Below, piece after piece: positions 18,603 to 26,794 of a DNA stretch of 64,000 bases. This DNA is from a virus: IMG/VR virus record IMGVR_UViG_3300044644_001556; one strand, written 5' to 3'. The first letter of the stretch is position 1. Each line of letters begins with the position of its first letter. The translations under genes were made by a program, and so were the position numbers. A model generated the notes under the pieces. The model made no database searches. It saw only the letters and a program-made list of their open reading frames with translations, and was not told the origin of the DNA.

Positions 18603-20069
18603 ATGACTTTTATTGATGCCTTGGAGCAACAAGCGAATTTTGATTACACTGAAAATGGAGCAGTTACACATAAAACTTCTTTAAGTAAATGTGTTGATTT
18701 TTTTGCAACTGGTGGTTCAATCCGTTCGTGGGATGATTCTGCTATTTTAAATTTATTTACTAATGCATTTTCAGAAAATCAATTAGCTACAGTTCGTTTG
18801 GCATTTATGTTCCGTGATGTTAGAGGCGGGCAAGGTCAACGCAGACCATTTAGAATTCAATTAAAATGGCTCGCTATTAATTATCCAACACCAACTGAAA
18901 AATTATTAGATTTAGTGGCTGAATACGGTAGATGGGATGATATTTACTCAGTCGTCGATACATCATTAGAACAATATATGTTAGATTTAATCAACATTCA
19001 AATTCAAAAAGATGTTGTTGCTATGGATAATAATGAATCTATTTCATTACTAGGCAAATGGCTAAAACGAATCAATACATCATCTAAAGAATCAGTGCGT
19101 ATCGGACATAAAATTCGTAAATATATGAGTTTAGATGAAAAATCGTATCGTAAATTATGCAGACGTTTAAATGAATATTTAAATGTAGCTGAAAATAAAA
19201 TGGCGTCTAATAATTGGGATCAAATTGAATATAATAAATTACCAGGCCAATGTTTAATTAAACATAGAAAAGCATTTAATAGAAATGACGAAGTTCGTTA
19301 TGCCGAATTTATTGCAGCTGCACAAGCCGGTAAAGTAAAGGTTAATGCAAAATCATTATATCCATATCAAATTATTGAAAAGATTTTAGATTATAGAGCC
19401 GAATTAACTCCAGATGAAGCAGAAATTCTATGGAAAAATTTAGCAGATTTTGATGTAGATCCTAATGCATTAGTTGTTGCTGACGTTAGTGGATCTATGA
19501 GTGGTTTACCTATAAATGTATGTATTTCATTAGCGCTATATTTTAGTGAGCGAGCTAAAGGAATTTATCATAATAAGTTTATTACATTTAGTGAAAACCC
19601 AACATTACAATCAGTAGTTGGTGATACAATCCATAAACGCGTTACAAGTATTAATAATGCACAGTGGGATATGAATACTAATTTAGAACGAGTATTTGAT
19701 TTAGTTTTAAATACCGCAATTAATTATAATATAGCGCCCCAAGATATGGTAAAAACGTTATATATTATCTCAGATATGGAATTTGATAGTTGTGTTAAAG
19801 ATACTAGTTCTGGACGAATTGAATCATTTTATGATACCATGAAACAACGATTCGAAGTTAACGGATATAAAATTCCACAATTAGTATTTTGGAATGTTAA
19901 TGCTAGACCCGGTAATTTACCAGTAACAAAGAGTACGGAAAATACTTGTATGATTTCTGGATTTAGTCCTAGTATCTTACAATATTTAGGAATGGAAACT
20001 TTTCCAACACCGGAAGAAATGATGATGATCGTCGTTAATTCACCTAGATATAGTCAGATCGAATTTTAA
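18603..20069 (+). CDS. Ro60/TROVE-like protein with C-terminal vWA domain (DUF2828-type)
   Basis: TENGA, RDVRGGQG, YGRWDD, KWL, MIDAS DVSGSM, FITFS, ISDMEFD, VFWNV. Confidence 0.85.
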   Translation: MTFIDALEQQANFDYTENGAVTHKTSLSKCVDFFATGGSIRSWDDSAILNLFTNAFSENQLATVRLAFMFRDVRGGQGQRRPFRIQLKWLAINYPTPTEKLLDLVAEYGRWDDIYSVVDTSLEQYMLDLINIQIQKDVVAMDNNESISLLGKWLKRINTSSKESVRIGHKIRKYMSLDEKSYRKLCRRLNEYLNVAENKMASNNWDQIEYNKLPGQCLIKHRKAFNRNDEVRYAEFIAAAQAGKVKVNAKSLYPYQIIEKILDYRAELTPDEAEILWKNLADFDVDPNALVVADVSGSMSGLPINVCISLALYFSERAKGIYHNKFITFSENPTLQSVVGDTIHKRVTSINNAQWDMNTNLERVFDLVLNTAINYNIAPQDMVKTLYIISDMEFDSCVKDTSSGRIESFYDTMKQRFEVNGYKIPQLVFWNVNARPGNLPVTKSTENTCMISGFSPSILQYLGMETFPTPEEMMMIVVNSPRYSQIEF

Positions 20070-20112
20070 GGACATAAATATATCTTAAGACTAACCATAA
20101 ATTAGTCGACAT

Positions 20113-20142
20113 TAAGCTGATTTTAATATTAAAATCAGCTTA
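20113..20142. terminator. Perfect 30-bp palindrome, probable terminator
   Basis: TAAGCTGATTTTAATATTAAAATCAGCTTA. Confidence 0.55.
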
Positions 20143-20176
20143 TATTTTATATAAAGTATTACCAATTTATTATCAA

Positions 20177-20416
20177 ATGAGTATTAACCGCACTTTAAAT
20201 GCTTTAGAAAAAGAAGTTAAAAATAATATTAATTCATTATCATCTGATGAAATTATTCAAGAATATGGTATTATTATTCAATCGGATGGTCAAGTTTTTG
20301 ATGTTGTTGAAGATAAAAAATTTAAGAATATTGATTCATGGATTGAATTTTATTTAGATGATTCGGAAGAAGATATTGAATGGATTGGTGCAGGTAAAGG
20401 TTATTTTGATGACTGA
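20177..20416 (+). CDS. Small acidic hypothetical protein
   Basis: ORF track. Confidence 0.6.
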   Translation: MSINRTLNALEKEVKNNINSLSSDEIIQEYGIIIQSDGQVFDVVEDKKFKNIDSWIEFYLDDSEEDIEWIGAGKGYFDD

Positions 20417-20624
20417 TCATTATCTATATAGTAGTCCGAATGGTGAAATTGAAGTTAGAGCTACCGGTCGATTCGTAGAAAAAAAATTAACTATGTCAAA
20501 TACAACTCAAATATTAATAGAAATTACGCCAGTCGATAATGACTTGCATTGGACTAAATTTATCGATAAGCAAGAATTACTATTAATTAAATCAATAAAT
20601 GAAATAACTACAAATAAACTATGA
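20409..20624 (+). CDS. Hypothetical protein
   Basis: Start re-placed at ATG 20409, overlapping the previous gene end. Confidence 0.55.
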   Translation: MTDHYLYSSPNGEIEVRATGRFVEKKLTMSNTTQILIEITPVDNDLHWTKFIDKQELLLIKSINEITTNKL

Positions 20625-21130
20625 AAAATATAAGCATAATTGTTTGCTGTGATGAACGTGGCGGTTTTGCAAAAAATAAACAAATTCCTTGGATTAATGA
20701 AGAATTTTCAAAAACTGATCTAAAAAATTTTAGATTATTAACTACTGGTAATACAATTATTATGGGGCGTAATACCTATAATGAAATAGCTGAACTTAAA
20801 CCAATTAAACTTGATTTATTACCGAATCGAACATCATTCGTTATAACATCAAATCCAAAACATAAATGCAAAGGTGCAAAAACATTTGCATCGCTTCACC
20901 AAGCTATTGAAAAATCGAAAACTGATGTTTTTATTATCGGCGGATATCAATTATTCGTAGAAGCTATAAAAATATGCAATAAAATGCATATTAGCTTTAT
21001 TAATCACGATTATAATTGCGATCAATTTTTCCCGGGCGAATTAATTGATGATTCGTGGGATATTAATTACGAAGAAGCTATTCCAAATAAACTATTATTC
21101 GCAACTTATACTAAAAATAATACTATATAA
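20621..21130 (+). CDS. folA: Dihydrofolate reductase
   Basis: IPW...DLKNFR, IIMGRNTY, LPNR, FIIGG, CDQFFP. Confidence 0.92.
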   Translation: MKNISIIVCCDERGGFAKNKQIPWINEEFSKTDLKNFRLLTTGNTIIMGRNTYNEIAELKPIKLDLLPNRTSFVITSNPKHKCKGAKTFASLHQAIEKSKTDVFIIGGYQLFVEAIKICNKMHISFINHDYNCDQFFPGELIDDSWDINYEEAIPNKLLFATYTKNNTI

Positions 21131-21211
21131 TTTTAATTGCTTGATTTAGTATGGGTTTTATAATATACTAAATATAGATCATAATTTAACATAAATCTTT
21201 AAGGAATAATT

Positions 21212-21949
21212 ATGATTTCGCAATTAACTTTTAATGAGCAATCTCTGCTTATGGCAAAACTTAGTAATTTATCATACGAAGATAATCGTAAATTTGATGA
21301 TCTTGGCTATGATAGTATGTTTGTTAATTATCATGGAACCCAAACTTACGCATTATGGGATAAAAATGATATTATAATCGTTTGTCGAGGAACTGAACCA
21401 AATCAGTTAGCTGATATTGCCGCAGATATTGAATTTAATTTGGTTCCCAGTATGAATGGTAATGGACTAGTCCACTGTGGGTTTAAACATAGTGTCGATC
21501 GCATTTGGGTAACCATATATGCAATCTTAACTAAATATAGCAATCGTAAAGTTTGGATTACTGGCCATAGTTTAGGCGCAGCTATGGCTACTATCATAAC
21601 CACTAGATGCTACGAAGATAAAACATTAGCCGATCCTATTTTATTCACATTCGGTAGTCCTCGAGTCGGCAATCATGATTACGTCGATCATATGAATACT
21701 TTAAATATCAAACATTATAGATGGGTTAATAATGCCGATATAGTAACTAGAAATCCATTATATCCGTATAGACATCACGGTAAATTAAATTATTTTGATC
21801 ATCACGGAAATATAGCCGTCGTAAATACTTGGCAATTGATTAAAGACCGAATAAAAGGCTTTATTATCGGTATTAAAAAAGGTAAAATTAACTTTTTTGT
21901 TAATCATTCAATTACCAATTATATTAAAAATTTAGAAAAATTAACTTAA
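21212..21949 (+). CDS. Lipase class 3
   Basis: CRGT, VHCGF, TGHSLG nucleophile elbow, TFGSPRVG, DIV. Confidence 0.9.
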   Translation: MISQLTFNEQSLLMAKLSNLSYEDNRKFDDLGYDSMFVNYHGTQTYALWDKNDIIIVCRGTEPNQLADIAADIEFNLVPSMNGNGLVHCGFKHSVDRIWVTIYAILTKYSNRKVWITGHSLGAAMATIITTRCYEDKTLADPILFTFGSPRVGNHDYVDHMNTLNIKHYRWVNNADIVTRNPLYPYRHHGKLNYFDHHGNIAVVNTWQLIKDRIKGFIIGIKKGKINFFVNHSITNYIKNLEKLT

Positions 21950-21971
21950 ATCATAATTTACTTTTATATTA

Positions 21972-22943
21972 ATGCAAAATCTAATTAAAAAATATGTTCA
22001 ATTACCATCAAATGTTAATAGTAAAGGCTGGTATTCGGTTAAATGCGCGGTCTGCCATGATTATAAAGTTAGAGGTGGATTTAATATAAAAGATGAAGGT
22101 GTAGTGTACCATTGTTTTAATTGCAGCACAAAAGCTAGCTATTTTAATAATGGTACTATCACTGATGATATGAAAACTGTTTTACAAGCATTTAATATCC
22201 CGTATGAAGAAATACAGCGACTTATTCTAAATTCATTAGGCAAACAAAAAGCAAAGCGTCCTACTATAACCGTAGATACAAATAATCCTATAATTGAAAT
22301 ACCATTACCGAATCATTTTTATAAAATTATTATGGATGGTTCAGACATAGAATCAAATATAGCATTAGATTATTTAAAAACTAGAGGAATTGAAAACGAT
22401 AATAATTTTTTCTTATCAAAAAGTAATAAAACTAAAGAAGAAATAAAATGGAATAATAGATTAATTATCCCATACTATCGAGAAGGTAAACTTATTTTTT
22501 ATCAAGGTAGATCTTTTGGTAGTAGTAAAAAAGATCGATACATTAATTCAATTACCTCGGGTGATTCTGTAAATTTATATGGTTATGAACTAATCCGAGA
22601 ATTTACGGATGAGCCATTATTTATTACCGAAGGTTTTTTTGATTCGTATCATATAAAGGGTATGTCGATTTTAGGTAATGAATTAACAAAAAGAAAAATA
22701 GAGATTATAAATCAAAGTCGTAGAAAAAAGATTTATATTCCAGATCGATACGGAAATGGTAAGCAAGCAGCATTTAATGCATTGGATGCTGGCTGGTCAG
22801 TAAGTATACCAGATATTGGTAATTGCAAAGATATTAATGAAGCGATTATGCGATATGGTTATTTGTATGTTTATAAATCATTATTAGAAAATGCAGTGTC
22901 GGGATATAATGCAAAAATAAAAGTAAATTTAACTTGTAGGTAA
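21972..22943 (+). CDS. DNA primase, gp61-like
   Basis: CAVC...YHCFNC zinc finger, RLIIPY, QGR, TOPRIM ITEGFFD, KDINE. Confidence 0.85.
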   Translation: MQNLIKKYVQLPSNVNSKGWYSVKCAVCHDYKVRGGFNIKDEGVVYHCFNCSTKASYFNNGTITDDMKTVLQAFNIPYEEIQRLILNSLGKQKAKRPTITVDTNNPIIEIPLPNHFYKIIMDGSDIESNIALDYLKTRGIENDNNFFLSKSNKTKEEIKWNNRLIIPYYREGKLIFYQGRSFGSSKKDRYINSITSGDSVNLYGYELIREFTDEPLFITEGFFDSYHIKGMSILGNELTKRKIEIINQSRRKKIYIPDRYGNGKQAAFNALDAGWSVSIPDIGNCKDINEAIMRYGYLYVYKSLLENAVSGYNAKIKVNLTCR

Positions 22944-22946
22944 GAA

Positions 22947-23516
22947 ATGAAAAGATTAATAATTAATTGTGAAACATCTGGTTTAAATTCTCAGAATTTA
23001 TTTAATCCTAGTCTGCAGGGTAATGGAAAATATTATCAACCATTATCTTGGGGGTTAGTAATAGTAGATGAAAAATATAATATTTTAGATGAATTATATG
23101 TCGAAATTAAATGGGATGGTAAATCCATATGGGAATCCGACGCCGAACGCGTTCATGGATTAACAATAGAATACCTACAACAAAATGGTATTTCGGAATT
23201 AGAAGCGGCGGAAGAAATTGGCGGTTTTATTTTCGAAGCATTTGAAACTCAAACTATACAAATAGCGGGCTATAATACATTATTCGCATTAAACTTTTTA
23301 AATGAAATGTTTAAACGATATGATATCCAATTAAACTTTAAAAATAGATTAATTGATTTGAATACATTGAGTACGGTATTATTAGAAGTAAATACTCGTG
23401 ATGAATTATTTGAAGTAATGGGCTTTAAAAAAGGCGTTCGTAATGCGTTAGTAGTAACTAGAAATATTGCAAAATGTTTTAAACAAATTAATCATATGTG
23501 GAATACGTTATTATGA
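22947..23516 (+). CDS. DEDDh exonuclease-fold protein, catalytic residues degenerate
   Basis: INCETSGL, VHGLT, AGYN-x2-FA, RNAL-x-V align to ExoI-III but lack three Asp and the His. Confidence 0.7.
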   Translation: MKRLIINCETSGLNSQNLFNPSLQGNGKYYQPLSWGLVIVDEKYNILDELYVEIKWDGKSIWESDAERVHGLTIEYLQQNGISELEAAEEIGGFIFEAFETQTIQIAGYNTLFALNFLNEMFKRYDIQLNFKNRLIDLNTLSTVLLEVNTRDELFEVMGFKKGVRNALVVTRNIAKCFKQINHMWNTLL

Positions 23517-23980
23517 ATATAAATGATTTTAGAGTTAAAATGCTTCAATTAATTGCAGTCACATCAAATGATAAGTTTGATTTGATTATTGGCTTATCTA
23601 GAGGCGGATTAATTCCCGCCGTTTATCTATCGCATAGATTCAATATTCCAATGGTAACTGCTGATATTTCCCACGAACTATCGGTTGGTGATAATAAGAA
23701 TACTCATAGTGGGTTATTACCGAAAATAGCCGAAAATATACAGTCTATTTTGGTTGTTGATGATATAGTAGATAGCGGAAATACTATTTTAGCACTAACT
23801 CAACAATTAGAAACAACTGCTAAAATTACAGTCGCCTCATTATACTTAAAAGACGGGGCTGAAAGTTATTTAGTTAATAATGCACCATCGAATTTTATTA
23901 AATGCGTTTGTGCTGAAACATTACCGGTAGATGCCCCATTTATTTACTTCCCTTGGGAAAATCCAGACATAGAGGACTAA
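23513..23980 (+). CDS. Purine phosphoribosyltransferase (Gpt-like)
   Basis: GLSRGGLIPA, ILVVDDIVDSGNT, YFPWE; start re-placed at the ATGA overlap. Confidence 0.88.
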   Translation: MNINDFRVKMLQLIAVTSNDKFDLIIGLSRGGLIPAVYLSHRFNIPMVTADISHELSVGDNKNTHSGLLPKIAENIQSILVVDDIVDSGNTILALTQQLETTAKITVASLYLKDGAESYLVNNAPSNFIKCVCAETLPVDAPFIYFPWENPDIED

Positions 23981-23983
23981 AAT

Positions 23984-24889
23984 ATGAAACAATACTTAGA
24001 TGGTTTAAATACTATTTTAGATAAAGGTATTTTAACTAAAAATAGAACTGGAATTGATACTATATCAAAATTTGGATTAGATATTGAATATAATTTATCA
24101 CGCCATGTTATTCCATTATTAACAACTAAGCGGGTCCATACAACTTCTATTATTCATGAATTGATATGGATGTTATCTGGTGATACTAATATCAAATATT
24201 TAAATGATAATAAAGTAACCATTTGGGATGAATGGGCGGATAAAAACGGCAACTTAAATAAAGTATATGGTCATCAATGGCGTAATTGGGATGATACTAG
24301 ATTTGTTGAGCGAGGATCTGACGAACAGCAATTTTGCAAAACTAATAACTTTAGACGAGTTATGTTCGATGATTTACATGAAGTTTATCAGCGCAAAATA
24401 GATCAAATTAAGACGATCGAAGATCAATTAAAAAATAATGCGAGTAGTAGACGTATTATTTTAACGGCTTGGAATACAGCAGAAATAAATGAAATGGCTT
24501 TGCCGCCATGTCATACATTATCGCAATTTAGCACTAGAGAATTTAACGGTGAGAAAATACTAGATTGTAAATTATATCAACGTTCTGCGGATTATTTTTT
24601 AGGTGTTCCTTTTAATATCGCATTTTATGCAATATTTACTCATATGCTAGCTCATGTGCATGGATATACTGCAGGAACGTTATATCATTCTATTGGCGAT
24701 GCACATATATACGCGAATCATCAAGATCAAGTTAATACACAATTAATGCGAACTATTGATCCAGATCAATCATTACCATGTATTCTTATTGACGGTAAAT
24801 TCGATTCGATATTAGATATCAAATTTGAAAATATTATAATCGATAATTACAATCCGCAGCCGGCTATTAAAGCCCCAGTAGCTGTATAA
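23984..24889 (+). CDS. thyA: Thymidylate synthase
   Basis: RTG, PLLTTK, YGHQWR, MALPPCH, YQRSAD, GVPFN, DAHIY, IKAPVAV. Confidence 0.96.
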   Translation: MKQYLDGLNTILDKGILTKNRTGIDTISKFGLDIEYNLSRHVIPLLTTKRVHTTSIIHELIWMLSGDTNIKYLNDNKVTIWDEWADKNGNLNKVYGHQWRNWDDTRFVERGSDEQQFCKTNNFRRVMFDDLHEVYQRKIDQIKTIEDQLKNNASSRRIILTAWNTAEINEMALPPCHTLSQFSTREFNGEKILDCKLYQRSADYFLGVPFNIAFYAIFTHMLAHVHGYTAGTLYHSIGDAHIYANHQDQVNTQLMRTIDPDQSLPCILIDGKFDSILDIKFENIIIDNYNPQPAIKAPVAV

Positions 24890-24900
24890 AAGAATATAAT

Positions 24901-24925
24901 AAGGGTATTTTATATACCCTTTTTT
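24901..24925. terminator. Intrinsic terminator
   Basis: AAGGGTAT/ATACCCTT followed by a T-run. Confidence 0.75.
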
Positions 24926-24926
24926 A

Positions 24927-25148
24927 TTAATCCAAAATTAATCTAGATTTCCATTTTTCAAATATATCGATTATTGTTTCACTGGTTGCTGGTTCGAATA
25001 TAGCATGCTCGGTAAAAAAATTAACGAAATTAGGAAGTTCGTCTACTGATAGGTATCGATCTCGATTTGGAATATAAGCTTCGCATATAAAATTACGATC
25101 TTGAAAAACGATTATTTTACTTTTATGTAAAATCATAGATATATTCAT
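24927..25148 (-). CDS. Hypothetical protein
   Basis: ORF track. Confidence 0.55.
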   Translation of the reverse strand: MNISMILHKSKIIVFQDRNFICEAYIPNRDRYLSVDELPNFVNFFTEHAIFEPATSETIIDIFEKWKSRLILD

Positions 25149-25384
25149 ATTTAACTCGATATTTAAAATTTAAATATGTATATATGATATAAAAAATACT
25201 CGATGTATTACTATTATTATCCCAGATCGAGTAATGGATAAGTTATATCTAAGTTGCCTTAAATACCTTGGAGAGGTGCTTTGGTTGGAGATACAACAAA
25301 CCAAAGCAACATCAAATAATCTGATAGTAATTACGGATTTCTTCGATGTACTATGATACGTCTTGCAACGTATTATTCGACTAA

Positions 25385-25518
25385 TTAATTCATATTAATT
25401 TCATATTAATTTCATATTAATTTCATATTAATTTCATATTAATTTCATATTAATATGAAATTAATTTTAGATAATTATATATTAATATGAAATTAATTTT
25501 AGATAATTATATATTAAT
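25385..25518. repeat. AT-rich tandem and inverted repeat block (candidate replication origin)
   Basis: Five exact TTAATTTCATA plus one 10-bp variant (25385-25449); inverted copy 25454-25464 forms a 26-bp palindrome; 32-bp direct repeat x2.25 (25447-25518). Confidence 0.9.
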
Positions 25519-25610
25519 CCTTATTATATATCAAACCTTTTATTGGGCATATACATTTTTAATAGATTAATATAGATATTATTTGGTATTACCAAATTAA
25601 TAATCGAAAT

Positions 25611-25630
25611 AGGTTGGGGATCCCCAACCT
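25611..25630. terminator. Perfect 20-bp GC-rich palindrome
   Basis: AGGTTGGGGATCCCCAACCT, 3 nt past the stop of the minus-strand gene. Confidence 0.6.
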
Positions 25631-25633
25631 GAG

Positions 25634-26152
25634 CTAATCCCATCTTAAAATTCGCAATTGGGTTAATTTATTAACTAACGCTAAAACGTGCTTACACGAA
25701 CCCAATGCTTTTTTTGGATTTACTGGGGGTCTATCTGTTTTTTTAATATATGGGGGTGGGGGGTTACCCAATAAACTATCGTTATTATAATGATAATTTG
25801 CAAATCTAAATCTAAAATCTAAACATTCGCAATTTACTTCTATATCATTATGTCTGGCGTTTAATGGAGTAATATGATGATTTTGATTATCGGTTCCTCT
25901 AAATGCAATACCACCTTCTTCTAAAAATTGAACATCATCAAATTGAATAAAAGTATCATAATGATCGCTGCCACTACTCTGAGTATCGGATTCAACTTTT
26001 AGGTTATTAGTTTCGGAGTATGGTGTAAATTTAATATCCCGAGCATTAACCGTATTAACTATATGCTGTCTTTTCTTAGTCGTAGGAAAACCAGTATAAT
26101 TATTTTGAGTTATTTGTCGAACAGTTATTTCATTTAGTAACATATTAATCAA
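25634..26152 (-). CDS. SWIM zinc-finger protein
   Basis: VNCECLDF...GSCKH. Confidence 0.7.
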   Translation of the reverse strand: MINMLLNEITVRQITQNNYTGFPTTKKRQHIVNTVNARDIKFTPYSETNNLKVESDTQSSGSDHYDTFIQFDDVQFLEEGGIAFRGTDNQNHHITPLNARHNDIEVNCECLDFRFRFANYHYNNDSLLGNPPPPYIKKTDRPPVNPKKALGSCKHVLALVNKLTQLRILRWD

Positions 26153-26726
26153 ATATAGTTAATGTGGTGGTTATTCGTTTAATCGTTTCAGCATAAACAT
26201 TTATTGCTTTTTGCATCTCATCCGATGGTAATGAATTTATATGTTTATTAATATAATCTCTAGAATTTAATTTATGATATTGTTTAACTAATAACTCCTT
26301 AGTTTTAGGCATATGTAATTTATTGGGTTGATTAATATATTTTGCTTTTTCTAAATTTATAAATGTTGCTTTATTTTTAACGAAAGCTTTAGCTACTTGA
26401 TTATCCATAATAGCAATTAACTTATTAAATGCGGGTTTAGATAATAAATCAGCTGCAAAATATAGTATTCTAGTAACATCGACTTCAATAACTAAATCAC
26501 CTTCGTATTTATAATCCGGAATAATCCTAATATTATAAAAATTACCTTCTAGTCTACTTTTATCTATATACTCTTTAATTATATAATCAATACCAGTCTG
26601 AGATAATCGATCTAATAATAGAGCGTCGTTATTTTTAATAGCCTTGTCTATCATTGATTTTTCGTCGAATTTTAATAATTCAGTAGGCCTATCATGATAT
26701 AGATATATATTTAACGTCATAAACAA
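26145..26726 (-). CDS. Hypothetical protein
   Basis: ORF track; AATAAATA upstream. Confidence 0.6.
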   Translation of the reverse strand: MFMTLNIYLYHDRPTELLKFDEKSMIDKAIKNNDALLLDRLSQTGIDYIIKEYIDKSRLEGNFYNIRIIPDYKYEGDLVIEVDVTRILYFAADLLSKPAFNKLIAIMDNQVAKAFVKNKATFINLEKAKYINQPNKLHMPKTKELLVKQYHKLNSRDYINKHINSLPSDEMQKAINVYAETIKRITTTLTIFD

Positions 26727-26752
26727 GATTCCGGTAAAATAAAAATATTATT

Positions 26753-26786
26753 TATTAGTGGGTTCTAATATTAGAACCCACTAATA
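26753..26786. terminator. Perfect 34-bp palindrome after the portal gene
   Basis: TATTAGTGGGTTCTAATATTAGAACCCACTAATA. Confidence 0.65.
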
Positions 26787-26794
26787 TTAAAGAT

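Noticed and set aside
25385-25518. CRISPR array
   Set aside because: The repeats are contiguous 11- and 32-mers with no unique spacers. The only Cas4-like nuclease is a common phage exonuclease 27 kb away.
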